From the NCBI GenBank assembly GCA_937997485.1, contig CALKTH010000080.1, positions 6,528 through 70,527 of the forward strand: 64,000 bases of DNA, given 5' to 3'. This stretch comes from an uncultured Acidimicrobiales bacterium. GTDB lineage: Bacteria; Actinomycetota; Acidimicrobiia; Acidimicrobiales; SZUA-35. The notes beneath the pieces are model-generated. The model was given only the letters and a program-made list of their open reading frames with translations, made no database searches and was not told the DNA's origin. Position 1 is the stretch's first letter, and the number at the start of each line of letters is the position of its first letter. This document shows, one piece after another, positions 18,171 to 27,807 of the stretch. Both the position numbers and the translations under genes were made by a program.

Positions 18171-19419
18171 GCTGGGGCTGGGGCTGGGAGAGGGCCTGGT
18201 CGATCAATTGCATGGGATGGACCGTGGCCACCCCGGCACCGGCAAGATGCATGGAACAGCCGGGATTCGCACTGGCGACCACATCGGGCTCCACCTGATC
18301 GATGACGCCGACCTTCCGCTCCCGAATCGCCCCGGCAAGCTCCGGTTCGAGCACCGAGTACGCACCACCTGCGCCACAACACAATCCGTCATCATCGAGC
18401 TCGACGATCTCTCGGACGAATGGCCGGAGTACGACTCGGGTCCCGGCATGCGCTCGCTGCACATGCCGAAGGTGGCAAGGATCCTGAATCGCGACCCGGA
18501 GATCCAGCGGAGCAGCAACCGACGGCAACCGATCCACGTGCTCAGCCAGCCACTCCTGGATGTCGAACACCCTCGCTGAGAATGCTGCGGCCCCGGCAGT
18601 CCCGAGAAGATGTCCGTAGTCCTTCATCGCCGCCCCACATCCGGCCGAATCGACCAAAATCGGCCGATCATCGTCGGACAGCGTGCGCATCATCCTCTCC
18701 GCCAACGCCCGCGTTTCGCCCGCCAATCCGGCGTGAGCTTGGAGGGCGCCACAGCACGGCGCCAGCTCGTTCGTTGGCGTCACGCCGAATCCGGCAGCCT
18801 CGATCACTCGTTTTCCGGCGGCATGCACCTCTCGTTGCCAGGCATCCATCACACAGCCGGTGAACAGATACACGTCGTCGCCAGAGGCACGTAGCGGCTC
18901 CTGGCGGACGGGCAGGTCATCGGGGAGTCCGAGGCGCCTTGGCACCAGGCCCGTCTTGTTGGCGAGCGCCAGCGCCGACGAGCCCAGCTGCAGCACCTTG
19001 GGTTGCGAAAGCGGCTTGAACGCCAGGCGCTGCCAACGGGGTGTGATCAGATGCTCCTCGGCCAAGGATTCGCGGGCTTGCTCCATCAGATGCCCATACG
19101 GCACTCCACTGGGGCACGCTGGCTCACATCCTCGACATTGCACGCAGCTCTCGAATGAGCGAAGCACATCCTGCGTGACCGGAGCGCCCTCGTCCTGCAC
19201 CTCACGCATCAACTTGATCCGGCCGCGGGGAGACATGCTCTCGTCGCCTGTTACCCGAAACGTTGGGCAATGCGGGAGGCAGAGACCGCACTGCACGCAC
19301 ATGTTGAGATCGTCCGCGTCCAACTTGAGATCCACGCCGGCAGGTACTCCAGCGCCCGCAACACCCGTCTTCCCAACGGCGTCAGGACCTCGTTGGCGGC
19401 GCAGCCATCCAGGGATCAT
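18157..19419 (-). CDS. glcF: Glycolate oxidase iron-sulfur subunit
   Basis: Two 4Fe-4S motifs, CVQCGLCLPHCP and CVQCRGCEPACP, followed by CCG-type Cys-rich repeats. ATGA overlap with glcE. Confidence 0.88.
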   Translation of the reverse strand: MIPGWLRRQRGPDAVGKTGVAGAGVPAGVDLKLDADDLNMCVQCGLCLPHCPTFRVTGDESMSPRGRIKLMREVQDEGAPVTQDVLRSFESCVQCRGCEPACPSGVPYGHLMEQARESLAEEHLITPRWQRLAFKPLSQPKVLQLGSSALALANKTGLVPRRLGLPDDLPVRQEPLRASGDDVYLFTGCVMDAWQREVHAAGKRVIEAAGFGVTPTNELAPCCGALQAHAGLAGETRALAERMMRTLSDDDRPILVDSAGCGAAMKDYGHLLGTAGAAAFSARVFDIQEWLAEHVDRLPSVAAPLDLRVAIQDPCHLRHVQRAHAGTRVVLRPFVREIVELDDDGLCCGAGGAYSVLEPELAGAIRERKVGVIDQVEPDVVASANPGCSMHLAGAGVATVHPMQLIDQALSQPQPQPVGA

Positions 19420-20336
19420 GGCGTCCTTCCTGGATTCAGACGGGAGGCTGGGTCAAAGAGTTGCTTCGTGCGCTGGCCGATCAGCTCTGCGACGGGATCG
19501 ACCGGGAGCGCAGGTTGTGGCGCCGAGGCCCACACACGGCCAACCCCGATGGAGGCAAGGAAGGGCTCGGAAGCACTGAACGCTGCCGCCTGAGCTGGCG
19601 AGAGTGTCCACCGGTGCGCCGGGATCGGGGGAGGACCGCCGACCTCCTGACAGGAGCCCAACGTCATCAGCTGCTTCTGTTCAGCCCGCACATCCACGGC
19701 GTGTCCTTCGAGATGCACCCACGTCGCGCCGCCATCCCACAACACTGCGCTCGGAGTGAGGACAGCATCTCGGGCCCGTGCGGGGGAGAGGCCCTCGCAG
19801 CGCAGCCAGACCGACGCTGGCGGCATCGGGTTCGTGCGGATGATGATTTCGGCGAGAAGGCCGAGCGTTCCAAGAGAGCCCGTGAGCAGCTTCGGAAGAT
19901 TGAAGCCGCTGACGTTCTTCACCACGGGACCCCCGCCAGTTACCAACTTTCCTTCTGCGGAGACGTAGCGAACCTGGAGCACGGAGTCCCTCACGGCACC
20001 TCGCCCCAGCTGATCGACGCTGCTTTCCCCAACCGCAACAGCGCCGCCGACAGTCCCGCCGCGATCCGCCAACGCAGAGCGCTGGCCCTTTTCGGCCAGT
20101 GCGGCGTCGAGCTCGGCAACGGTGGTGCCGGCCCGAACCTGCATCGTCATCTCTTCTGGCCTGTAGCTCACGATGCCGGTTGGCGCCTCAACCACCTGCG
20201 CTTCGGGAGACAGCGTTCCACCGGCCTCCCACCGAGTTCGGCCTCCCGCCACGGACACGGCCCCCTCGGCACCAACCAGCTCCGCAAACTCATGCAGGAC
20301 CGGGTCGTCGATAGCCAGGACGCTGGCACCCATCAT
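19416..20336 (-). CDS. glcE: Glycolate oxidase FAD-binding subunit
   Basis: In-frame ATG 20336 overlaps the glcD TGA. FAD-binding PCMH-type sequence. Positioned between glcD and glcF. Confidence 0.8.
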   Translation of the reverse strand: MMGASVLAIDDPVLHEFAELVGAEGAVSVAGGRTRWEAGGTLSPEAQVVEAPTGIVSYRPEEMTMQVRAGTTVAELDAALAEKGQRSALADRGGTVGGAVAVGESSVDQLGRGAVRDSVLQVRYVSAEGKLVTGGGPVVKNVSGFNLPKLLTGSLGTLGLLAEIIIRTNPMPPASVWLRCEGLSPARARDAVLTPSAVLWDGGATWVHLEGHAVDVRAEQKQLMTLGSCQEVGGPPPIPAHRWTLSPAQAAAFSASEPFLASIGVGRVWASAPQPALPVDPVAELIGQRTKQLFDPASRLNPGRTP

Positions 20337-21868
20337 CCCCACACTCCCGTGGGCACGGCTCGAAGCGCCTGAATGTCTGCGCAACTGTGACCCATCGGGA
20401 GGACCTTGCCCGGGTTGGCCCGGCACGCCGGATCGAAGGCCTTGCGCAGGCGGTTCTGGTGGTCGAGGTCATCTGCGCTGAACAGCTCCTCCATGTATCC
20501 CTGCTTCTCAACGCCAATCCCATGTTCGCCAGACAGAACGCCGCCGACGGCAAGGCAGGCTCGGAGAATGTCGGCACCAGCGGCGTGCACCCGCTCGAGC
20601 TCACCCTCGATCCGTGCATCGAACAGCAGCAACGGATGGAGATTCCCGTCGCCCGCATGGAAGACGTTCATGACAATCAAATCATGACGTTTGGCGATGT
20701 CGTAGATCGTCTCGAGCACATCAGCGAGGGCTGATCGCGGCACCACCGTGTCGTGCAGGTAATAGTCGGGCTTGATCTGCGCGATCGCTCCGAAGGCGGT
20801 CTTGCGGCCCTTCCAGAGGAGCGCCCGTTCTTCATCGCTCTCGGCCTGCCGCACGTTGGTGGCACCGTTGGCTCGACCGAGATCGGAGATGCGCTCCGCA
20901 TCGATGTCGGCGCCACCCTCGAGACCCTCAACCTCGGCGAGGAGCACAGCGGCGGCATCGAGTGGATAACCAGCCCCCACGAAGTTCTCCACGGCGATCG
21001 TGATCTTCTGATCCATCACTTCCATTGCTGCCGGCACGATGCCGTTCGCAATCACGTCGCTGACCGTGTTGGCCGCGTCTCGCACCGAGGCAAACGACAG
21101 CAGAAGCGTCCGGACGGCAGGAGGATTCTTTGTGAGCCGCACCGCAACCTTCGTGGCGATCCCCAGCGTGCCCTCGCTGCCAACGAACGCACCCCGCAGA
21201 TCGAGACCGTGATCGTCAGGCCCGAGGGTTCCCAGCGTCCCAACCTCGCCCGATGGCAGCACGATCTCCAAGGAGACCACGTGCGCATCCGTCACGCCAT
21301 ACGCAAGACAGTGGGGCCCACCCGAGTTGTTTGCCACATTGCCGCCGATGGTGCAGACCTGCTGACTGGAGGGGTCGGGAGCAAAATGAAACCCCATCGG
21401 TCGGAGATGGCGTGACAAGTCGAGGTTGATCACGCCTGGCTCGACCCACGCCACCCGATTGTCGAGGTCGACGTCCAGAATCGCATTCATCTTCGTCATC
21501 GCGATGACCACAGGCGCCCCAAGCGGGATGGCGCCTCCGGCCAGCCCAGTCCCGGCGCCACGAGGAACGACGGCGCGACCGTGCGTCAAGGCGATGCGCA
21601 TGATGGCCTGTACCTCCGACGTGTCGACCGGATAGCAGACTGGCCCGGAGACACCTCCGTCGAACACGGAGGCGTCGTGAGCGATCAGGGATCGTTGAGC
21701 AGCGTCGTAACGTACGCGATCGTCGCTCAAGGCCGAGCGCAGATCGGCCAACAGCGCGTCCATCGCCTCATCACCAGTTGATGCTGGCGCAGATCGGGCG
21801 GCGAGCCGAGAACGCACCTTCTGCTGCAGGTTCATGTGGCTGAGACTAGGTGAACCGGAGCGAGGCAT
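20333..21868 (-). CDS. glcD: Glycolate oxidase subunit GlcD (FAD-linked oxidase)
   Basis: Motifs VVPRGAGTGLAGGAIP and GTLGIATKVAVRL, plus the C-terminal FAD-oxidase domain. Start uncertain: GTG 21874, ATG 21868 or ATG 21835. Confidence 0.88.
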   Translation of the reverse strand: MPRSGSPSLSHMNLQQKVRSRLAARSAPASTGDEAMDALLADLRSALSDDRVRYDAAQRSLIAHDASVFDGGVSGPVCYPVDTSEVQAIMRIALTHGRAVVPRGAGTGLAGGAIPLGAPVVIAMTKMNAILDVDLDNRVAWVEPGVINLDLSRHLRPMGFHFAPDPSSQQVCTIGGNVANNSGGPHCLAYGVTDAHVVSLEIVLPSGEVGTLGTLGPDDHGLDLRGAFVGSEGTLGIATKVAVRLTKNPPAVRTLLLSFASVRDAANTVSDVIANGIVPAAMEVMDQKITIAVENFVGAGYPLDAAAVLLAEVEGLEGGADIDAERISDLGRANGATNVRQAESDEERALLWKGRKTAFGAIAQIKPDYYLHDTVVPRSALADVLETIYDIAKRHDLIVMNVFHAGDGNLHPLLLFDARIEGELERVHAAGADILRACLAVGGVLSGEHGIGVEKQGYMEELFSADDLDHQNRLRKAFDPACRANPGKVLPMGHSCADIQALRAVPTGVWG

Positions 21869-21883
21869 CCCCACCCACCCCGG

Positions 21884-22639
21884 TCATGGTTCGCCGACCC
21901 GGAGTCGCTCGGACTGATCGGGGTCGCACACAAAGGTGCCCTCCACCGCAGAGTTGTCCAGAAACGTCCGGATCTCCGAGCTCGCGGTGGCCCAGGTGCG
22001 ACTGGCATCGTCGGTGGAGGTAGCGAAGATCACGCCCCCGAGGTCGCCGTCCCGCGTGTAAACACCGGCGCCGCTGTCGCCGCGAGCGGTGAGTCCCGCC
22101 AATCGATAGCCATCCCGTCTGGACCGCCGCTGGCCCCGCACCTCATCGATGTCAATCATTGCTCGCTGCTCGACCCTCACCTCCACATCCCCGGAGGTTG
22201 CGCCGCCAACCATCACCACGTCCTCGCCAACTTCCAACGCGGCAAGGGATGGCTCGTCAATCTCGAGCAGGTCTTCGGGGGAGCGGAGCAAGCTCAAGTC
22301 GCGCAACGTGTCGTGGCGAACGACCTCGAGCACCACACCCTCGGCCAGAGAAACTGATGTCGAGCCCGCGATCACGTGGGCCGACACGAGAACGTGACGC
22401 GAGTCGACGATGATGCCCGACCCCGTGGTTGCTCCGGCATCCCCGCAGGCCGTCGTGGTCACCACAACCGCACGAAGGTGCGCTTCCTCGAGCTCGCCTT
22501 TCGCGACGTCGGGACCACCGGCGCACCCAGCGAGAAGCACCGCGCCGAGCAGGAGCCCAGCGTGGGCGGCGAGGGTCATCACCACGCCAGGACGCGAGCG
22601 ATCTACGCTCAGTCGGTGCGCCGCCGTGTCCTCCTGCAT
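21884..22639 (-). CDS. Trypsin-like (S1) serine protease, probable lipoprotein
   Basis: Catalytic triad contexts VLVSAHV, LRDLSLL and RGDSGAGV; lipobox LLAGCAGG. Start uncertain (22705, 22681, 22639 or 22579). I chose 22639 to avoid overlap with the divergent gene. Confidence 0.65.
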   Translation of the reverse strand: MQEDTAAHRLSVDRSRPGVVMTLAAHAGLLLGAVLLAGCAGGPDVAKGELEEAHLRAVVVTTTACGDAGATTGSGIIVDSRHVLVSAHVIAGSTSVSLAEGVVLEVVRHDTLRDLSLLRSPEDLLEIDEPSLAALEVGEDVVMVGGATSGDVEVRVEQRAMIDIDEVRGQRRSRRDGYRLAGLTARGDSGAGVYTRDGDLGGVIFATSTDDASRTWATASSEIRTFLDNSAVEGTFVCDPDQSERLRVGEP

Positions 22640-22690
22640 TCTGTCTCGAAGCTCCTTCGGGATGATGAGCATGTTCTCCATGCGGCGTAC

Positions 22691-23062
22691 ATGTGGCAAA
22701 GGCACCGGTGGATGATCGCTTACAGCGTCGCTGCGTTCGTGACGCTCGTCGTCGTTGCAACCGTCGCCGGCTTTGATACATGGTTCGCCCGAATCGGGCT
22801 CGGCACCGCTGCCTCTGCGCTGGCCGCCACCGCCACTACCGAGTATCGAATCCTCGCTCGCACAAATCGTGGCGTTGTGCTGTTGAGATCCAGCCGCATT
22901 CGTGTGGCAGCCGTCGAGACCATGGAGCGCTTTTCGGGCGAACCTGCGATCGAGCGGGCGGGCACGACCCTGCTAGCGAACGATTGGCGAGTCAACGGCA
23001 CTCGCTACACGGTTGCCAAGAGCAGCGAAGCCGACATGCAGTCCATCGCTGGTCGGCTCTGA
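22691..23062 (+). CDS. Hypothetical small membrane protein (two N-terminal TM segments)
   Basis: In-frame ATG 22691 (or 22712) in ORF 22376..23062. Sequence MIAYSVAAFVTLVVVATVAGF...IGLGTAASALAATA. No recognisable family. Confidence 0.5.
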   Translation: MWQRHRWMIAYSVAAFVTLVVVATVAGFDTWFARIGLGTAASALAATATTEYRILARTNRGVVLLRSSRIRVAAVETMERFSGEPAIERAGTTLLANDWRVNGTRYTVAKSSEADMQSIAGRL

Positions 23063-23092
23063 TCTCGTGTGCACGACGATCTCTACGCGAGA

Positions 23093-23134
23093 ACACCCCA
23101 CTCCGCCCGGCGAATCGCCGGTGAAGCGGGGTGT
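23093..23134. terminator. Imperfect GC-rich hairpin between convergent genes
   Basis: Outer stem acacccc/ggggtgt and inner stem ccggcg-aat-cgccgg. No U-tract. Confidence 0.35.
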
Positions 23135-23157
23135 CGCTCAGGCAGCAACAACCAGCG

Positions 23158-24417
23158 TCAGACGGCGGTCTGCTGCGTGAGATAGGAGCGCTCGGCAAGA
23201 CCGTGCCACTCCGAAATGCCGTCGCGGAACTCACGCCACGGACCAAGAATGGCGGCGAAGCGAGGATCCTCGCCGGCGATCGTGTCGAGCACGTTCTCCG
23301 TCTCAGCCTTGAACGCTGCCATGAGCTCCGGCGAGAACTCACGAATCTCGGCGAAGCCCTTCACCACCTGAAGATCACGCTGGTTGAGGACGTCGTACAA
23401 CGCCATCATGCGCATATTCGCGTGGGCGGCCGCATTCTGCACCGCCGCTTGGTACTGGGCGGGAAGCGTGTCCCACAGGTCGAGAGGGATCTGCACCTCG
23501 AGCGCCGTTCCCGGCTCCCACCATCCAGGGTGGTAGTAGAAGAGGTCCGAACCGAGCTGGTCGAGACCGAGGATGAGGTCGTCCGTGGGACCCACGAACT
23601 CGGCCGCATCGATGGCACCAGTCTCGATGGAGGTCAGAATCTCACCACCGGCAACCGAGACCTGTTCGCCGCCGAGGTTGGCCAGCACCTGCCCGGCGAT
23701 TCCGGGGATACGCATTTTCAGTCCCTGAAGATCATCGACCGTGTTGATTTCCTTCGTGAACCACCCGCCCATCTGGCAGCCGGTGCCACCGGCAGGGAAG
23801 GCGATGATGCCGTACTCCTCGGCGTAGAACTCGTTGAGGAGGTCGATTCCGCCGCCCTCGTACAGCCAGGCGTTCTGTTGCCGCTGGGTGAGGCCGAAGG
23901 GCACAGCGGTACCGAATTGCTGCACCGGGCTGAGGCCGGTGTAGTAGTACGACGCGGTGTGGCCCATCTGGGCACCGCCGTCTCGCACGGCGGGCAGGAC
24001 CTCGAGGCCACCAACGATCTCACCAGCCGGCCGTGCGTTGATCTTGAACTGGCCATTCGTGAGGGCGGAGACCTGGTCGGCGAAGGTCTGGGCCCCACCG
24101 AAGATGGTCACCAGGGCCGTCGGCCATGACGTCGCCATGTCCCACTCGATCTCGGGCGAGTCCTGCGAAACGGTGACCGATTCGCTGTCGGTGTCGCCGG
24201 TGTCGCCACCGCCACCGTCAGCGCCGCCATCGCCCTCCTCGCTGTCGCCGTCGCTACTACAGGCGGCGAGAATCGAGGCTGAGGCCGCGAAGCCAGCGAC
24301 GCCGAGACCAGCTTTGCCAAGGAAGTTGCGCCGACTCACCCCGCTCTCTTCTGCCGCGTCAGCGGTATCGAGACCGGTTGTTTCACGGTCGTTGCCCTGA
24401 TGGCTTTCGGTCGTCAT
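23158..24417 (-). CDS. TRAP transporter substrate-binding protein (COG4663-type)
   Basis: Tat motif SRRNFLGKAG, lipobox LAACS, and a DctP-like body (QMGHTASYYYTG). Confidence 0.82.
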   Translation of the reverse strand: MTTESHQGNDRETTGLDTADAAEESGVSRRNFLGKAGLGVAGFAASASILAACSSDGDSEEGDGGADGGGGDTGDTDSESVTVSQDSPEIEWDMATSWPTALVTIFGGAQTFADQVSALTNGQFKINARPAGEIVGGLEVLPAVRDGGAQMGHTASYYYTGLSPVQQFGTAVPFGLTQRQQNAWLYEGGGIDLLNEFYAEEYGIIAFPAGGTGCQMGGWFTKEINTVDDLQGLKMRIPGIAGQVLANLGGEQVSVAGGEILTSIETGAIDAAEFVGPTDDLILGLDQLGSDLFYYHPGWWEPGTALEVQIPLDLWDTLPAQYQAAVQNAAAHANMRMMALYDVLNQRDLQVVKGFAEIREFSPELMAAFKAETENVLDTIAGEDPRFAAILGPWREFRDGISEWHGLAERSYLTQQTAV

Positions 24418-24487
24418 ACGTTCTTCCCCTTCATCGGTGTTCTGTGCTTTGGTACTTGCTGTTGTGGTGGTAGTGGATGGTCGACGA

Positions 24488-26035
24488 TCAGTTCGGGCTG
24501 AAGAGCTCGAAGGAGAACTCTGTGATGCCGGGGAAGACCCCGAGAATCACCAGCGCCACGCCCTGGAGCACCATGAACGGAATGGCGCCCTTGTGGATGT
24601 CCGCGGTCTTCACTTCGGGCGGCGCCACGCTTTGCAGGTAGAAGAGCGAGAAGCCCACGGGTGGCGAAATGAAGGCCATGTTGAGGTTCACCGCCATCAA
24701 GACGGCGAACCAGACCTTGTCGACGGTGGAGAACTCAAGCAGTTCCATCGCCGGGACGAAGATCGGGACCACGATGAAGGTGATCTCGAGGAACTCGAGG
24801 TTGATGCCGAGAATGAACACCGCAATCATCGCGATCAACACGAAGCCGGTCTTCCCGCCGCCGATGCCCTGCAGCCACTCTGCGGTCTGGTCGGAACCAC
24901 CGAGTTGGAAGAACATCACGCTGAAGAACGTCGAGCTGAAGAGCAGCGTCATCACCAGGATCGTGATGTTCGCGGTGGAGATGCCAGCTTCTCGGAGTGC
25001 GCTCGGTGTGAGTGACCACTTCGGTTGGATGTGCTGCGCGCCCTCGTGAAGCAACACCTTGTCGAAGAGATGATTCAGGCCAGACAGGATCAGCGCTCCG
25101 AACACACCGACGGCGCCGGACTCCGACGGTGTTGCCACGCCCTGGAAGATGGAGATGAGGACCCCCATGATGAGGACGACGACGGGCACGATCGAGACGA
25201 GCACCTCGGTCGCCAGCATCTTTCCGAAGTACACAACCAGGAAAGAGAAGACGAAGGTGATCGCCATCGCGATCGGGACGATGCTCACCGAAATGATGAG
25301 CATGACAAGGCCAACGATGATCGACAGCGCGATGCCGATGACAACGGCCGCTCGGGTGCCTGGATTGCCGTGGAGTTGGCGCTCCTCCAGTGGCATGACG
25401 GGGCCGAGATCTGGCTTCAGGAACGACACGCCGAGGGCATACGCGATGTACAGACCGGAGAGCAGCAAGCCCGGGATGAGCGCTCCGGCGAAAAGGCCGA
25501 GAATGCCCACGCCAAGCTCGGAGGCCAAGAGAATGAGCACGATGCTCGGTGGCAGCATTTGAGCCAGTGTTCCCGACGCCGTGATCGCCCCAGTTGCCAG
25601 CTTGTGGTCGTACCCCAACCGGATCATCGCGGGAAGTGAGAGCAAGCCCATCACGATCACTGTTGCTGCCACCACACCAGTCGCAGCAGCGAGCAGGGTG
25701 CCGACCACGATCACCGCGGCGGCGACACCGCCTCGGAGCGGCCCCATCAAAAGCCCGAAGGCGTTCAGTAACCGTTCGGCGAGTCCCGATCGCTCGAGAA
25801 TGGCGCCCATGAGCACGAAGAGCGGCACCGCAAGCAGATCGGGGCTCTCCAGGGCGCCAGCCCAGCGGCTGGGCAACACACCGAGCGTGCTGACGTTGAA
25901 GTCGCCAGTCAGGTCGCCGACGAAGGCGAAGAGCAGCGCCGTCGACGAGAACGAGAAGGCCACGTTGTAGCCGGTGAGGATCATGGCCATGAAGACCACG
26001 AACATCACAAGGGAGAGGAAGACACCAAGATCCAT
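24488..26035 (-). CDS. TRAP transporter large permease (DctM-like, COG4664-type)
   Basis: In-frame ATG 26035 (residue 185 of ORF 24488..26587). The protein is polytopic and hydrophobic from MDLGVFLSLVMFVVFMAMIL onwards; the upstream 184 codons are Arg-rich readthrough of the dctQ-like gene region. Confidence 0.85.
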   Translation of the reverse strand: MDLGVFLSLVMFVVFMAMILTGYNVAFSFSSTALLFAFVGDLTGDFNVSTLGVLPSRWAGALESPDLLAVPLFVLMGAILERSGLAERLLNAFGLLMGPLRGGVAAAVIVVGTLLAAATGVVAATVIVMGLLSLPAMIRLGYDHKLATGAITASGTLAQMLPPSIVLILLASELGVGILGLFAGALIPGLLLSGLYIAYALGVSFLKPDLGPVMPLEERQLHGNPGTRAAVVIGIALSIIVGLVMLIISVSIVPIAMAITFVFSFLVVYFGKMLATEVLVSIVPVVVLIMGVLISIFQGVATPSESGAVGVFGALILSGLNHLFDKVLLHEGAQHIQPKWSLTPSALREAGISTANITILVMTLLFSSTFFSVMFFQLGGSDQTAEWLQGIGGGKTGFVLIAMIAVFILGINLEFLEITFIVVPIFVPAMELLEFSTVDKVWFAVLMAVNLNMAFISPPVGFSLFYLQSVAPPEVKTADIHKGAIPFMVLQGVALVILGVFPGITEFSFELFSPN

Positions 26036-26040
26036 GGTGG

Positions 26041-26826
26041 CTACTCGACCCGCAGGGGAGCGTCGGCGACTTCGATCTCTCCGAGATCGTTCCGTCCCAT
26101 CATCACGAAGCCGGTCTTGATGACCTCGGCAATGATCTGCAATCCCCAAAGGCAGAATCCCACCAAGATGAACGCCTTGATCGGGCCGACTGGCAACTGA
26201 TCGGCGTCGCCGGACTGCTCCCACGTGTTCCACACCGCCCAGCCCTCGGGCCACGATCCGTCTCGCTTGCGGCCGAGAGAGATGCCCGCATAGCCGATCA
26301 GCAGACGAATACCCATCAGAATGAAGGGGAGGAGCAGCACGACGTGGAACACGTAGTCGATCCACGCCTTCTTCTTGTCGCTGAACTCCGCCCACCAGAA
26401 GTCGATCCGGGGGTTCACGCCTGCTTGGACGCCATAGTTGACCCCCAAGAGGAACAGCATCCCGAAGCTCATCCAGGCCAGCGAGGTGGTCTGACCAAAC
26501 AGAATGTCTCGCTCGAACCAGTTGTTCGTGTACCGGGTCACCACGTTGAACAGCTGGACGAAAAACACCAGCCAGGCCAGTTTCCACGCCACCGAACCGG
26601 TGAACTTCGTGATGGCCTCAATCGCCACGCGAATGCCGTGGAGGATTGGAGGTTGGGTTGCGACCGCAATCCCGGCCACCATCAGCGCCCAGTGCCACCA
26701 CGAGAGATTGCCCAGCAAGAAGCGAGAGCCGGTAACAGTCAACCCGACGGACAGCAGCAGGAGGAGTCCGAGGGTCCAACCAATGGGATGCACGCCTCGA
26801 AAACCGTTGGTCGGCGGTGTGTCCAT
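26041..26826 (-). CDS. TRAP transporter small permease (DctQ-like, COG4665-type)
   Basis: In-frame ATG 26826. Four or more TM segments. 5-bp gap to the large permease gene. Confidence 0.75.
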   Translation of the reverse strand: MDTPPTNGFRGVHPIGWTLGLLLLLSVGLTVTGSRFLLGNLSWWHWALMVAGIAVATQPPILHGIRVAIEAITKFTGSVAWKLAWLVFFVQLFNVVTRYTNNWFERDILFGQTTSLAWMSFGMLFLLGVNYGVQAGVNPRIDFWWAEFSDKKKAWIDYVFHVVLLLPFILMGIRLLIGYAGISLGRKRDGSWPEGWAVWNTWEQSGDADQLPVGPIKAFILVGFCLWGLQIIAEVIKTGFVMMGRNDLGEIEVADAPLRVE

Positions 26827-27043
26827 CGCCGACTCTGCTTCTTTTTCGAGAGCAGATGCGCTCGACGTCACAAGTTTCTCCCCAATCGTCTTGCGTCCCC
26901 AGCAATGACAATCGTCACAGTTGTAGCCCATGAACAGGCAGCGTCAAGTACCGAGCGCGAATACGGCCCGTTTCACCACCGATAGAGACCGTGCGCTTGA
27001 CATCAGGGCGGTCACCAACCATGAGGGCCGGTACGGTTCTGCC

Positions 27044-27673
27044 ATGGTCAAGAGTTTCGATCGCTTCCGAGCACACCCCTGGCACGGCCTTCCACACGGG
27101 CCCAAGGCACCAGAAGAAGTGGAGGCCTACATCGAGATCACGCCCTTCGATGCCGTCAAGTACGAGATCGACAAGCAGACCGGCTACCTCCGGGTCGACC
27201 GACCCCAGGGCAGTTCGGCCCTCCCACCGTCTCTCTACGGCTTCATTCCGCAGACGTATTGCGGGGATCGCGTTGCCGCACTCACCCCGAGCGCTGACAT
27301 CGGTGACCAGGACCCGCTCGACATCTGTGTCCTGAGTCAGCAGCGAATCGATCGCGCGGATGTGGTCGTCTCCGCCCGGGTCGTCGGCGGCATACAGCTT
27401 CTCGATGATGGCGAGGCCGATGACAAGATCGTGGCCGTACTCGCCTCCGACACGGTCTTTCACTATGCCAAAGACCTCAAGCAGCTCCCAGAGGCCGTGA
27501 TCAACCGTCTCACGCACTACTTCGCCACCTACAAGCTGCAGATGACGGGGGAGCAGGCCAACGGGATCGAGGTGATCGGCACCTACGGAGCCCAGCACGC
27601 TCGAGACGTGATTTCGGCATCAATGGCAGACTACGTCGACGAGTTCTCGGTTGCCGATCGCCGCATGACCTGA
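27044..27673 (+). CDS. ppa: Inorganic pyrophosphatase (family I)
   Basis: In-frame ATG 27044. Motifs EITPFDAVKYEID, DPLDICVL and DDGEADDKIVAV. Confidence 0.9.
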   Translation: MVKSFDRFRAHPWHGLPHGPKAPEEVEAYIEITPFDAVKYEIDKQTGYLRVDRPQGSSALPPSLYGFIPQTYCGDRVAALTPSADIGDQDPLDICVLSQQRIDRADVVVSARVVGGIQLLDDGEADDKIVAVLASDTVFHYAKDLKQLPEAVINRLTHYFATYKLQMTGEQANGIEVIGTYGAQHARDVISASMADYVDEFSVADRRMT

Positions 27674-27748
27674 CAACTGCTCTTCCACATCGACGCACGA
27701 GGAGCGCGGCGCCTCGGTGCCGGCTCGAAGACCGGCAAGAACGCGAAA

Positions 27749-27773
27749 GAGCCGGGGCCAATGGCCCCGGCTC
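27749..27773. terminator. Bidirectional intrinsic terminator (11-bp stem, 3-nt loop)
   Basis: gagccggggcc-aat-ggccccggctc, followed by cttcatttcaacgtttc on the + strand and by tttcgcgttctt on the - strand. It sits between convergent ppa and proX. Confidence 0.8.
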
Positions 27774-27807
27774 CTTCATTTCAACGTTTCAGTTGATCAA
27801 GAGATGA

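Noticed and set aside
26036-26587. Long N-terminal extension of the TRAP large permease ORF (24488..26587)
   Set aside because: The extension is Arg-rich, non-hydrophobic and overlaps the DctQ-like gene in another frame. The hydrophobic permease sequence starts at ATG 26035.
26827-26931. Cys-rich N-terminal extension MGYNCDDCHCWGRK... of the DctQ-like ORF
   Set aside because: There is no support beyond the open frame. The membrane protein begins sensibly at ATG 26826. I kept this only as an alternative-start caveat.
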